From a virus (Duplodnaviria; Caudoviricetes), in IMG/VR virus record IMGVR_UViG_3300037311_000073, positions 1-50,850 of that record: a DNA stretch of 50,850 bases, one strand, 5' to 3'. The notes below the pieces were generated by a model that was given only the letters and a program-made list of their open reading frames with translations, had not been told where the DNA came from and made no database searches. Of this stretch, positions 10,080 to 20,146 are shown one piece after another; positions within the stretch are counted from its first letter, which is position 1; every line of letters starts with the position of its first letter. Made by a program: the position numbers and the translations under genes.

Positions 10080-10699
10080 GCACGTTCGAGGACATGCTCA
10101 CGCGCGTTCTGCCCTACGCGAAGACCTGTCCGGATGGCTTGGCCAAGGTCAAACTTATCAACGCAGCGCGCGAGTTCGCCACGCGCACCCGGATCTGGAA
10201 CATCCAAGCCACGGCGATTCCGACCGTCGCCAACCAGGCCACGTACACCGTCACGGCTGGCATTCCGGATGCTGCCGTGATCGCCGAGGTGCTGCACTGC
10301 GAGATCCAGGGCGGCGCCGAGTACCAGACCCAGAAGACCGGCAGTCTCTCCCGCCAACTGCTGCGCCACAAACGCGGCAACTTGTGCGTGTTCTCGCCGC
10401 CGTCGGCCATCACGCTGGAGCCGGCGCCGCCTTTGAACGGTCAGAACCTGATCGTGGACGTGGCGCTGAAGCCGGACGCCGCAGGCGCATCCGGATGGCC
10501 CGACGAGTTCGACGACGAGATTGAGTACCTCGCCGACGGCGCCATCGGGATGCTGTGCGCCATGCCCGACAAGGACTGGTCGAGCGAGAAGGTTGCTGCG
10601 TTCCACATGGGCCGATTCACGCGCCGCATCAACCAACTGCACCTACGTGTGAGCCGCTCGCTCGCTCGCCGGCCCGAAGCCCAAACCGTTTGGATGTGA
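10076..10699 (+). CDS. Phage adaptor/connector protein
   Basis: GTGA-coupled; VLPYAKTCPD...AAREFATRTRIW and LADGAIGMLCAMPDKDWS motifs. Confidence 0.75.
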   Translation: MSTFEDMLTRVLPYAKTCPDGLAKVKLINAAREFATRTRIWNIQATAIPTVANQATYTVTAGIPDAAVIAEVLHCEIQGGAEYQTQKTGSLSRQLLRHKRGNLCVFSPPSAITLEPAPPLNGQNLIVDVALKPDAAGASGWPDEFDDEIEYLADGAIGMLCAMPDKDWSSEKVAAFHMGRFTRRINQLHLRVSRSLARRPEAQTVWM

Positions 10700-10703
10700 C
10701 GCC

Positions 10704-12710
10704 ATGATCCGCTTCATCAGCACTCCGCCGTCTCCGCACAACGCCAACTACGTGACGGGGATGGTCAAGACCCTGTCGCCAGCCGATGAAGCGATGTTCG
10801 TGGCTGCCGGCCATGCGCTTCAGATTGCCGACCCTGTCGTTGCCATCGCATCTACGTTGACCCAGCTGAGCAACGGCGACACGGTGGTTCGCCTTGCAGA
10901 TAGATCGGTGCGCCGAATCACTGGCAACGGGCCGGGCTCGTTCAACTGGCTTCTGGCCGGCGACTCAATGGTCGACCAGACCGAGATGGGGGTGACCGCC
11001 GCGACGGCCGTGTCGTATTCGAGCGCGACCGGCGTGCTGACCTGCACCTCGGCAAACCACTTCCGCGCGTCCGGGGAGATGGCTCGCTTCTGGAACTTCA
11101 ACTACGCAAGCACCCGGGCTGCCAAACGCAGCCCAATCACGCGCGTCGATGTCAACACGTACACGCTGCAACTGAACCCAGCAGAGCACCTGGACCTGCC
11201 AAACGGTCCGCTCCTGCCCACATTGTTCGTGTCCGTTCAGGGGACCACCAGCTACACCCATCCGATGGGCTTGGCGCTGATGAAACTCGGACAGCGCTTC
11301 AACATCGTCTTCAACGGCGCTCAGAACGGCGACACGTCGACCAACTTCCTGGACCGTCTTCCAGCGCTTCTCGCCGCTTGGCCAGAGGCCCGAAACATCT
11401 ACTGGCAGGCGCTCGGCCTGAACGACCAAGCGGGCACGTGGAACATCCCCGAGCGCACGTCCATCGCGGCGAACCGGCAGTCGATCCGCCTGATGGCGCA
11501 GGCGGCCGACCTCTGCATCATCGCTACGACCACGCCCGTCGCTTCAGGAGAGGCCAGGGCCAGCAATGCCGCGATGCAGCGGATCCGGAACATCAACGCC
11601 AGCGTCATCGAAGAGGCCAGCAAGTACCCGAACTGCGTGCCACTGGACTTCTACACGCCGATGGTCGATGTCACGAACGTCGATGGCTACGGCCCGGCCG
11701 CCAACTTCCGCAACGACTTCATCCACTACGGCTACACCGGTGCGGACCGCATCGTCGATTCGCGCCTGGTGCCGGCCCTGAAAGCGCGGGCGGTGCCTTC
11801 GCCGCGGTCGCCACTGGTCTCGAGCGCGGCCGAGTGCCACCTCAACAGTCGCCTCTCAATCTCGTCGGTGACCAGGGCAGCCGACGGCATGACGGTGACC
11901 GTCACAACAACGGCAGCGCACAACTGGCGGCCCACCGACGACTTCCACGTGACTCGCATCAGTGCGGCCGAAAACGGTCGGTTCATGGTGCTGGACACGC
12001 CGTCGTCTTTGCAGATCCGCTACCTTCATCCAGGCGTTCCGGGCGTCATCTCCGCCGGCGGTGCGCACTACACCCGCTGCCGGCAAGCGTTCCAAAACCC
12101 GCTGCTCCTGATCTCCGGTGGCGCTGCGCCCGCAAACGGCCTTTCCGGCACGACAGCCGACGTGGCGCTGGGGCTGCGCGTCTCCAACCAAGCCGGCAAC
12201 ACGGGAACCTTGACCTGCGCCGCATCCCTGGTCGCGGCCGTCGACGGACCGGAGCTTCCTGGCATCGGCAACATGCAGCAGCTCCTGGTGACTGCAGCAG
12301 CAGCCCTCGACCGACCTGCCATCTACAACAACGGGTCTTCGGCTCTCCTCAATGACCTGCTGCCGAACCAGTGGTACCGCTTTGCGGCGCGGGTGCAACT
12401 CGCGCGTGTGGCTGGTGTGTGGAGCGGACTGCCGATCAGCGAGGTCTACGGCATGTTCACTCTGACCTGGAGCACGGGGGAGTTCTACCAGTCGCCGTTC
12501 ATCAGCGGGTGGGATGGCGCAGAGCCAATCACGGTCAAGTCCGATCAGGACTGGGTCGTGCAGACGCCGCCGATCAGCACGCGACCGCCACAACCTGGAA
12601 GCACCATCACGCAGGCTGATTGGGGCTGCTGGCCGCGGATCGCCGGCGCGATCACCGGTGGCAACCACCTGGCTTTCCGGATGGGACAGATCACGCACAC
12701 GATGCTCTGA
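10704..12710 (+). CDS. SGNH/GDSL-hydrolase tail spike-like protein
   Basis: Block I LAGDSM, block II FNGAQNGDTS, block III LGLND, block V DFIHY; beta-rich C-terminus; located in virion module. Confidence 0.75.
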   Translation: MIRFISTPPSPHNANYVTGMVKTLSPADEAMFVAAGHALQIADPVVAIASTLTQLSNGDTVVRLADRSVRRITGNGPGSFNWLLAGDSMVDQTEMGVTAATAVSYSSATGVLTCTSANHFRASGEMARFWNFNYASTRAAKRSPITRVDVNTYTLQLNPAEHLDLPNGPLLPTLFVSVQGTTSYTHPMGLALMKLGQRFNIVFNGAQNGDTSTNFLDRLPALLAAWPEARNIYWQALGLNDQAGTWNIPERTSIAANRQSIRLMAQAADLCIIATTTPVASGEARASNAAMQRIRNINASVIEEASKYPNCVPLDFYTPMVDVTNVDGYGPAANFRNDFIHYGYTGADRIVDSRLVPALKARAVPSPRSPLVSSAAECHLNSRLSISSVTRAADGMTVTVTTTAAHNWRPTDDFHVTRISAAENGRFMVLDTPSSLQIRYLHPGVPGVISAGGAHYTRCRQAFQNPLLLISGGAAPANGLSGTTADVALGLRVSNQAGNTGTLTCAASLVAAVDGPELPGIGNMQQLLVTAAAALDRPAIYNNGSSALLNDLLPNQWYRFAARVQLARVAGVWSGLPISEVYGMFTLTWSTGEFYQSPFISGWDGAEPITVKSDQDWVVQTPPISTRPPQPGSTITQADWGCWPRIAGAITGGNHLAFRMGQITHTML

Positions 12711-12724
12711 CCGGAGCCCATCAG

Positions 12725-13015
12725 GTGAACTTCGAGCCCCTATCCGACCACGCCCCTGGCTTCCTCGGAAGCCTTGTTGCCATGTTCCTTGTGAAAGACA
12801 CGTGGCCGCGGCGACTCGCGTGCATGGTGGCTGGCACAGCCGGAGCGTTTTACGGCTCCGGCGCCGTTGCCGCCTGGATGGGAGTCGACAAAGGCCTGGC
12901 GGGTTTCCTGCTGGGCCTGTTCAGCATGGCCATCGCAGCGAAGGCCATCGAGGTCATCGAAGCCATGAGCCCAAACGACATCATCACCCGGCTGGTCGGC
13001 CGCAAGGACAAGTGA
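12725..13015 (+). CDS. Putative holin
   Basis: 96 aa with 2-3 hydrophobic segments and basic C-terminus, upstream of endolysin. Confidence 0.7.
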   Translation: MNFEPLSDHAPGFLGSLVAMFLVKDTWPRRLACMVAGTAGAFYGSGAVAAWMGVDKGLAGFLLGLFSMAIAAKAIEVIEAMSPNDIITRLVGRKDK

Positions 13016-13016
13016 C

Positions 13017-13310
13017 ATGGACACGCTGATCAACCTCCTGAGCGTCCTGTGCCTGACCGTGGTCGGCCTGCTGTGCATCCTCGGTGTCTTTCACCCTCAG
13101 TACGACGACACGCTGGGAGAGCGGGTCGGCATGAGCGCGATCGGCCTGTGGAGCATTGCCAAGGTCAGCGCGATCCTGAGCGGTGGCGCGGAGGAGTTTC
13201 CAGCGCTGCTGCTGCACGCTGGGTTGGCGAGCTTTGCCTGCGGCATGGCGGCGGCCAAGTGGCGGCATAGGCGAATGCGACCCAGCAGATTCAGCAGGGG
13301 TGTGACATGA
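13017..13310 (+). CDS. Second membrane protein of lysis cassette (holin/antiholin-like)
   Basis: 97 aa, three hydrophobic helices, Arg-rich tail; stop overlaps endolysin start. Confidence 0.65.
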   Translation: MDTLINLLSVLCLTVVGLLCILGVFHPQYDDTLGERVGMSAIGLWSIAKVSAILSGGAEEFPALLLHAGLASFACGMAAAKWRHRRMRPSRFSRGVT

Positions 13311-13933
13311 CCATGCTCATCACCGTGGCCGCGCTGATCGCGGCCGGCATCGGGCCCGCGCAGGCCCGGCAATTCAGCCAGCCCTTAGCCGTGGCATGCC
13401 AGCGGTTCGAGATCAACACGCCGGCGCGCATTGGCGCGTTCATCGGCCAGTGCCGGGTCGAGTCGGCCGGGTTCACGATGCTGGAGGAGAGCCTCTTCTA
13501 CCGGCAGCCGGAGCGGATTCGCGCCATTTTCCCTTCGCGCGTGCCGGACCTGATGACGGCGCAGCTCTACGTGCGGCAGCCCGAGCGGCTGGCGAACCTG
13601 GTGTACGCCAACCGGCTCGGCAACGGCGACACCGCCAGCGGCGACGGCTGGCGCTACCGTGGGCGGGGGCTCAAGCAGCTCACCGGCCGCGACAACTACG
13701 CTGCCGCGCAGGAGGCGCTGGGCGTCCAGTACCTCCAGCGTCCGGAGCTCGTGGCGCTGCCCGGGGATGCGTGCCTCACGGCCGCCTGGTTCTGGCACAC
13801 GAACAAGTGCAACGTCCTGGCCGACTCGGCGCAGTGGGACGCGATCACGCGTGTGGTCAACGGCCCCGGCATGGTGGCGCGGGCCGAGCGCCGGGCCTAC
13901 ACCGAGCAGGCCGTCGAGGCCCTGCTGGCGTGA
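13307..13933 (+). CDS. Endolysin, glycoside hydrolase family 19
   Basis: INTPARIGAFIGQCRVES, ANLVYANRLGNG, DGWRYRGRGLKQLTGRDNY, ITRVVNG. Confidence 0.93.
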   Translation: MTMLITVAALIAAGIGPAQARQFSQPLAVACQRFEINTPARIGAFIGQCRVESAGFTMLEESLFYRQPERIRAIFPSRVPDLMTAQLYVRQPERLANLVYANRLGNGDTASGDGWRYRGRGLKQLTGRDNYAAAQEALGVQYLQRPELVALPGDACLTAAWFWHTNKCNVLADSAQWDAITRVVNGPGMVARAERRAYTEQAVEALLA

Positions 13934-14301
13934 GCGCATGGATCGCGACCGCCGCACTGCTGGCTGCCGTGCTGGCCGGATTCGGCGCCGGCTGGCAGAC
14001 CCAGGGCTGGCGCTGGCGTGCGGCCGATGCCGAGCGGCTGGAGGGCGAGCGTGAGTCAGAGCGCCGCGCCGCCCGCGTCGCCGACGCCGCCGCAACCGGG
14101 CACGAGCAGGCCCGCGAGCGCATCCGCGTCGAGCGCCAGGTCGTCGAGCGCGAGGTTGAGCGCATCGTGGACCGCCCGGTGTACCGCGATGGCGTGTGCC
14201 TGGATGCTGACGGCCTGCGCCTCGTCGCCGCCGCAGCCGGCGCCGCCAGTGCTGCCGGCCAGCCTGCGCCAGCCGTGCCCGCCTCTGACCCCGCCCGCTG
14301 A
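13930..14301 (+). CDS. Inner-membrane spanin (Rz-like)
   Basis: N-terminal TM helix, coiled coil, VERIVDRPVYRDGVCLDADGLRL motif; GTGA-coupled to endolysin. Confidence 0.85.
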   Translation: MSAWIATAALLAAVLAGFGAGWQTQGWRWRAADAERLEGERESERRAARVADAAATGHEQARERIRVERQVVEREVERIVDRPVYRDGVCLDADGLRLVAAAAGAASAAGQPAPAVPASDPAR

Positions 14302-14422
14302 AGGCTCAGGCGCCGCGGTGCTGCGCACGCTGGTGGAGTGGGCCAGCATGTACCGCGAATGCGCGGATCGGCACCAGCGAGTCGTCGAAGCCGCCAGCGG
14401 TCAAGCATCACTTGACGACTGA
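14156..14422 (+). CDS. Outer-membrane spanin lipoprotein (Rz1-like); start uncertain (TTG 14156 or ATG 14189)
   Basis: Overlaps Rz in the +1 frame; lipobox LTAC, Pro-rich region, PCPPL...MYRECADRHQ. Confidence 0.8.
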   Translation: MSASWTARCTAMACAWMLTACASSPPQPAPPVLPASLRQPCPPLTPPAEGSGAAVLRTLVEWASMYRECADRHQRVVEAASGQASLDD

Positions 14423-14423
14423 T

Positions 14424-16058
14424 ATGCCTCGCCCAATCACCGTGGCCGGCTTCACCGGCTCGAACTCTGCCAAGCAGCCCATGGGCCTGCCCGAGACCAT
14501 GGGCGTGCGCATGGAGAACTGCATGCCCGGCCACGGGGACATGCGCCCCCTGAACAACCACAACACAGTCGCCACGGTGCCCACCAGCCCGCAGCGATTG
14601 ACCATCCGACGAATGGGGCGCAGCGCCGTCAACGACGCCTTGTACTGGCTCGGATGGACCACGGTCGTGCACGCGACGCCGATGTTCGGGAACGACGGCG
14701 ACACAGAGCGCACGGCATTCACCGGATCGGGTACACCGAAGTGGACCAACAACGCCTTTGGCTTGGCCGGTGGTCCACCCTACCCGCAGGGCACGCGCGA
14801 ACTCGGTGTTCCGGCACCAACGGCGGCCCCGCAGATCGCTCTCAACGTCAACGGCACAGGCACCGACTACACGGTCTACTACGTCACCACTTTCGTCAAC
14901 GACCTTGGATGGGAATCGGCACCCAGTCCCCCGAGCCTCGGTCTGGTAGTCAAGCCAGGGGCCACCCTCAACATCGGCAACGTCACTCCCCTTGAGGCCC
15001 CTCCAGCGGGCAACTACGGCATCACGAAGCGGCGCATCTACCGAACTCAGGTGGGCACCAGCGGCGCGGCGGAGTTCTTCTTCCTGCGCGAGATCACCGT
15101 CGGCACCACTTCGACAACCGACGACGCTCAAGCACTAGGCGAACTGCTGCCGACCACCGGCTTCTTGATGCCTCCATCCGACGGGTTCGGGCTCATCGCA
15201 CTGTGGGATGGAATGCTGGGCATGCTCTCGGGCAAGGAACTGGCAATCTCCGAGCCTGGCGTTTCGTACGCATGGCCGATCCGCTACCGCAAGCTGCTGA
15301 AAGACACCCCCGTTGCCACCGCACGCTGGGGCGCGCAGAACCTGCTTGTGCTTACCACTGGCACACCGGTGGAGTTCCAGGGGCAAGACCCGCTGAGCAT
15401 TCGCGACCAGCCGCCTCGCCTGTCCCAGCCCTGCGCCTCAGCTCAAAGCGTGGTGAGCTTCTTGCACGGCGTCATCTGGGCCTCGAACGAGGGTCTCGCC
15501 TACTACGGGGACACGTCGCAGCGTTTGCTGACGGAGGACGTGATCACGCCGCAGCAGTGGCGATCGCTGAACCCAGCCAGCATGGTGGCCGGCCGCTGGG
15601 ACCGCTTCTACGTGTGCTCGTACCTGGACGGCTCGACGCGGCGCGCGTTCATGATCGACCCGCTGGCGCCGGAGCGCGGAGTGGTCTGGCTGGCCACAGG
15701 GTTCGACGCATGCGACTACGACGAGGTCGCGAATGCTCTCTACATCCTGGAGGGCGGCGCCGTCCGAAAGTTCGCCGCAGGCGGCACGCTGATGAACAGC
15801 TCGTTCACCAGCAAAGAGTTTCTCCAGACGCACCCGGTGTGCTACAGCCTGGCCAAGGTCATTGCCGAGACGTACCCGCTGAACATTGAGGTCTGGGCCG
15901 ATGGCGTGCTTCGCACGACGAGGACCGTCTCATCCCCGCGTGCCTTCAAGATGAAGGACGGCTTCACGGCCGAGCGCTGGCAGATCAAGCTCTCTGGCGC
16001 AGTGCGAATCGTTGCGGCTCGCCTCGGTCACAGGCCGTCTGACTTCAAGGGCATCTGA
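14424..16058 (+). CDS. Tail/DNA-stabilisation (nozzle-like) protein
   Basis: 544 aa beta-propeller-like; YYVTTFVNDLGWESAPSPPS, RRIYRT, SEPGVSYAWP, VIWASNEGL motifs. Confidence 0.75.
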   Translation: MPRPITVAGFTGSNSAKQPMGLPETMGVRMENCMPGHGDMRPLNNHNTVATVPTSPQRLTIRRMGRSAVNDALYWLGWTTVVHATPMFGNDGDTERTAFTGSGTPKWTNNAFGLAGGPPYPQGTRELGVPAPTAAPQIALNVNGTGTDYTVYYVTTFVNDLGWESAPSPPSLGLVVKPGATLNIGNVTPLEAPPAGNYGITKRRIYRTQVGTSGAAEFFFLREITVGTTSTTDDAQALGELLPTTGFLMPPSDGFGLIALWDGMLGMLSGKELAISEPGVSYAWPIRYRKLLKDTPVATARWGAQNLLVLTTGTPVEFQGQDPLSIRDQPPRLSQPCASAQSVVSFLHGVIWASNEGLAYYGDTSQRLLTEDVITPQQWRSLNPASMVAGRWDRFYVCSYLDGSTRRAFMIDPLAPERGVVWLATGFDACDYDEVANALYILEGGAVRKFAAGGTLMNSSFTSKEFLQTHPVCYSLAKVIAETYPLNIEVWADGVLRTTRTVSSPRAFKMKDGFTAERWQIKLSGAVRIVAARLGHRPSDFKGI

Positions 16059-16061
16059 CCG

Positions 16062-19000
16062 ATGGCGGCCGAAGTGACGCCAATCGCGGAGCGCGGTCTG
16101 GCGCGCGTCTCGAGCGCGGTCGAGAAGGAGGTGCGCGACCCTCTTCAGGGTGTGATCGACGCAGTGCTGGGGCTCCTTGGGCACGGCGACCCGGAAGACG
16201 CTGCGATCACGTTCAAAGACGCGAAGCGCCGGGGTCTCGTCGATACCCTGGGCCGCGCGTTGACCGGGGACGTGACATACGTCAACCAGTTCCCGACGGT
16301 TGGCGGCGCTCCGCCGACCGGACCAGACCTGACGCCACCGCCAGACGTGGCCGGACTGAACGCAGTTGCCGGGTTCACGCAGGTCATCGTCACCTTCAAC
16401 ACGCCGACATACACCCAGGGTCGCGGCAACCTTCGTACTCGCATCTACGCCGTCAAGAAGGCGCCAAGCGACCCGACGCTGCCAACGTTCGACGCCAACA
16501 CGACGCCGGAGGTCGGGTCGGCAGTAGGCGCATCTCCAATCCTGGCGATCCCGAGCGAGCCCAACACGCGCTGGCACATCTGGGCGCGGCACGAGACCAT
16601 GGAAGGCGTGCCTTCGGTCAACGCATCCGGTGGCATCAACGGCCGTACGGTGACGACGGGGCAGGACATCTCGCAACTGCTCGCCATCCTGTCCGGCCAG
16701 ATCACCGAGAGCCAACTGTTCTCAACACTGCAAGCCAGGATCAACTTGATCGACGGACCTGACACGTTGCCGGGTTCCGTGGCGGCCAGGGTCAAGACCG
16801 AAGAGACGACGCGCATTGCTCAAGACAGCGCCCTCGCCAGCCGGATCACTTCGCTGCGCGCAGCCTCAAGGGGTTTTGTCACCGACGACACGGACTTTCA
16901 AGCCGCGACAGAGTTCTGGGAACTCTACGCAGGGCAAGCCTGGACCGTTACATCCGGATCTCAGACAGGACGGAACGCTCTTCGGGGTTCTGGGCCGACC
17001 CACACATGGGTATGGAGCAAGAACAGCTACCCGATCGACACGACCAAGCAGTACCGTGTCCGCGGCCGTTTTCGGCGGGACTCCGCTGCGCCAGTTTCGC
17101 GGCGCATCTATCTTGCCGCTGTGCTTCTCGATCAGGCTGGCATACCAATCGAACAGGACGGATCGTGGTGGTTTTACGCGGCGAACAACCTCACGCCTTC
17201 CACAAACTGGACCGACTATGAGGCGCTGTTCGGGGCATCGACTGGCAGGACGTTCCCGTCCAACGCTCGCTCCATGCGCGCTGGTGCGATCCTGTACTAC
17301 GACACTGGGGGAGCCCAAACCGGAGGATGGCACGAGGTCGAAGCACTCCGCATCGAGGACGCAGATGCAACGCGTCTGGATGCTGCTGTTCAGGTCGAAC
17401 AAAACGCTCGGGTGGATGGTGACGCAGCCAACGCTCAGACCATCACCACGGTGCAAGCCATCGTACGCGCCAAGGCGTTGGGCTTGCCGTTCAACGCATG
17501 GACGTTGAATGGGCACTCTCTTGTCACGATTTCCGACGGCAAAGTCGGTGCACAGACACTGCGACTCGTTGCGCTTCCATCGGGGTATCCGGCACAAGGC
17601 AACTACGTCGCACTGGACACGACGAAGACCTACAGAACGCGATTCTGGGCCAGACCCAGCGCCTCGGCCAACGGTTTCCTCTATTTCTCGCTGCGGCAGT
17701 TTCTGGACACCGCAGGCACCCCTGGCCCGAACAACGGAGGGCGTAGCCCGTACAAGCCGAATTCTGTGAGTCGCGCCGCCCACGAATCGGAGTTCGGCTC
17801 TGGCGCTTGGGGCGAATACTCTTTCCTCTGGTCCGCGGCCGACTGGCAAGCGGGCGTGAAGTTCGTGGTCCCAGAGTTTCTCGACAACTACACCGGCAGT
17901 ACGGGCCACTGGGACATTCAGGACTTTACGTTCGAGGAAGTCACCCGGGTCGAGAACGCCTTCGCGGCCATCTCGCAGGAGTCTTCGGCCCGCGCGTCGC
18001 TGGACGGCTCCGTGCAGGCCCTCTACACGGTGCGTGCCGAGGTGTCGCAGGACGGAAGGACCGTGACTGGCGGCTTTGGCCTTGCCGGCACCGCGACAGC
18101 AGCTCAGGGTCCGCGCATCGACTTCGGCGTGGTGGCCAACCGCTTCTGGGTGGCAGCTCCAGCCGGCACGACTGGCGTGGGTGACGTTCAGCCATTCGTG
18201 ATCCAAACTGGCGAGGAGACGATCAACGGAGTGGTGATCCCTCGCGGTGTCTACATGGACGCTGCCTACATCAAGAACCTGAGCGCGTTGGTCGCTCGGC
18301 TGGGCTCGGTGTGGATCGACAACGCGATGATCGCCAACTGCTCGGTCGCCAAGCTGCTCGGCGGTGTGATGCAGGTCGGCGCGTACATCGAATCCACCAA
18401 CTACACCTCGGGGCCCGGTGGGGCCGGTTTCAGGATCAACGCCGACGGCACGGCCGAGTTGCAGGCGGCCTTCATTCGCGGGCAACTTGTCGCAGGCCAG
18501 ATCAACGCCCGCGGTCTTTCGATCCTGGACGGCAGCGGGAACGTGCTGCTGAACGCTGGCGCTTCGCAGGGATGGTCGGCACTCACCGGCAAGCCTTCGG
18601 ATGCGCAACTGCTCAACTCGAACCAGCAGTGGTCCGACATCAGCGGCCCGGGCACGCCAGAGGCCAACGCGACACGAGGTGCACCTGCGGGCACAAACGT
18701 CGGAGGCACGAGCGCTACGACGGTCGAAGCCAACGCAGCAGCCGGCGCATCCGCCAACGCGGCTGTGAACAACGCGACGACGGGGCTGGATCAAAGGCTG
18801 CGGGCAAACGCTCAGAACATCCTTGCCGGGCCTGGAGGGTTGGCCTCGGGGACGATTGCTTGGGACTCGGCTGGCAACGTGACCGGCGGAGTCGGCATCG
18901 GCATCACGGCCAAGGGCATCGTCGCCAGGAATGCTGGCGGCACGACCTTCACCCTGAACGGCGAAGACGGCACCGCAACCTATGCGGGCTCGCTTGCAGC

Positions 19001-19481
19001 TGCGACCGGCAGTTTCGTAGGCGAGACATCCGTTGGCGGTCGAACATGGGCGTCCGGAAACGGGTTCTGGGCGGGTCTCGATGGCGGGGTGGCGAAGTTC
19101 GTCGCTGGGAACTCGCTTCAGTACATCAGCTGGACCGGATCGGTGCTCGAGATCAAGCTCGACACCATCACGCTTTCGGCGTCACCAACCACCATCAACG
19201 TGAACGTGAGCAACGGCGATGGCAAGGGCTACGGCTCGATCACGGTGACACCAAGCGGGGGTACGGCGCCTTACACCTACTCCTGGACACTGACCGACAC
19301 CAGCGTGGGTGGTGGACGCTGCTACATCAGCGGAGGGTCAAACACAGCCACATGCGGGTTTGCTGGCGATGGCGTGGACACGGTCAATGTGGGAATCGCT
19401 CGGTGCTTTGTGACCGACGCCAACAACCGCTTCGCGACTATCACCGTGTCCATCGTTGCAGAGCACGGTGTGCCCGTATGA
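16062..19481 (+). CDS. Tail fibre/tip protein with DUF1983-like region and two carbohydrate-binding-like modules
   Basis: LSGQITESQL, coiled-coil 'ARVDGD' segments, YTVRAEV..GGFGL..FGVVANRFWV..PFVI..GVYMDAAYIKN. Confidence 0.8.
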   Translation: MAAEVTPIAERGLARVSSAVEKEVRDPLQGVIDAVLGLLGHGDPEDAAITFKDAKRRGLVDTLGRALTGDVTYVNQFPTVGGAPPTGPDLTPPPDVAGLNAVAGFTQVIVTFNTPTYTQGRGNLRTRIYAVKKAPSDPTLPTFDANTTPEVGSAVGASPILAIPSEPNTRWHIWARHETMEGVPSVNASGGINGRTVTTGQDISQLLAILSGQITESQLFSTLQARINLIDGPDTLPGSVAARVKTEETTRIAQDSALASRITSLRAASRGFVTDDTDFQAATEFWELYAGQAWTVTSGSQTGRNALRGSGPTHTWVWSKNSYPIDTTKQYRVRGRFRRDSAAPVSRRIYLAAVLLDQAGIPIEQDGSWWFYAANNLTPSTNWTDYEALFGASTGRTFPSNARSMRAGAILYYDTGGAQTGGWHEVEALRIEDADATRLDAAVQVEQNARVDGDAANAQTITTVQAIVRAKALGLPFNAWTLNGHSLVTISDGKVGAQTLRLVALPSGYPAQGNYVALDTTKTYRTRFWARPSASANGFLYFSLRQFLDTAGTPGPNNGGRSPYKPNSVSRAAHESEFGSGAWGEYSFLWSAADWQAGVKFVVPEFLDNYTGSTGHWDIQDFTFEEVTRVENAFAAISQESSARASLDGSVQALYTVRAEVSQDGRTVTGGFGLAGTATAAQGPRIDFGVVANRFWVAAPAGTTGVGDVQPFVIQTGEETINGVVIPRGVYMDAAYIKNLSALVARLGSVWIDNAMIANCSVAKLLGGVMQVGAYIESTNYTSGPGGAGFRINADGTAELQAAFIRGQLVAGQINARGLSILDGSGNVLLNAGASQGWSALTGKPSDAQLLNSNQQWSDISGPGTPEANATRGAPAGTNVGGTSATTVEANAAAGASANAAVNNATTGLDQRLRANAQNILAGPGGLASGTIAWDSAGNVTGGVGIGITAKGIVARNAGGTTFTLNGEDGTATYAGSLAAATGSFVGETSVGGRTWASGNGFWAGLDGGVAKFVAGNSLQYISWTGSVLEIKLDTITLSASPTTINVNVSNGDGKGYGSITVTPSGGTAPYTYSWTLTDTSVGGGRCYISGGSNTATCGFAGDGVDTVNVGIARCFVTDANNRFATITVSIVAEHGVPV

Positions 19482-19999
19482 GCTGGGTGTTGGTCACCGA
19501 CGCCGATGGCTACGTCCAGCGCTGGTACGCGGTGGGCCAAGCGTGCGATCCGGTTGCTGGAGAAACGCACACAACGGTCGGCGTCGAGCCGGTGTGGGCG
19601 CCCGCCGGGAAACGACTGCGGTATGTATCGGGTTCGTACCAGCACATCGATACGCGAACACTGGCCGAAGCGCGGACGGCCCGGATCGCCGTATTGAAGG
19701 CGGCGCGCGACTCAGCCATCGTCGCCGGGTTCGCCTGGGACGGTGAGACATTCGACAGCGACAACGTTTCTCAGAACCGAATCACGCAAGCCGCGCTGCG
19801 CGCACAAGACCCCGGCTACGACCCGCGGCCGTTCCGAACTCAGGGCAACTCATGGCGCACGTTGAACGCGACCGACGCTCTGGCGCTGCTTGAGGCGCTG
19901 GACGCCCACATCCAGCAGCAGTTCGCCACCTTCAAGACACGCGAGGACTCTGTGCTCGCCGCGGCCAGCAATGCTGCGGTGGATGCCATCGTGTGGTGA
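19478..19999 (+). CDS. DUF4376-like tail fibre-associated protein
   Basis: ATGA-coupled; LKAARDSAIVAGFAWDGETFDSDNVSQNRI...VDAIVW. Confidence 0.75.
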   Translation: MSWVLVTDADGYVQRWYAVGQACDPVAGETHTTVGVEPVWAPAGKRLRYVSGSYQHIDTRTLAEARTARIAVLKAARDSAIVAGFAWDGETFDSDNVSQNRITQAALRAQDPGYDPRPFRTQGNSWRTLNATDALALLEALDAHIQQQFATFKTREDSVLAAASNAAVDAIVW

Positions 20000-20146
20000 C
20001 TGTCCTCAAGTCGCGCATGTAGGCTGAGTGCTGGCCCAGCGTCGCCGCCTATGAAGCAGTTGCGACGGTCAGGCCGGAAGCGGCTTCGGCGACCGGTTTT
20101 CCAGCAAATGAAGCCACTCATTCGACGCAGGAACGCACCCACCAAC

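Noticed and set aside
16062-19999. Diversity-generating retroelement or invertible tail-fibre switch
   Set aside because: No reverse transcriptase, template/variable repeat pair or invertase seen in the window.
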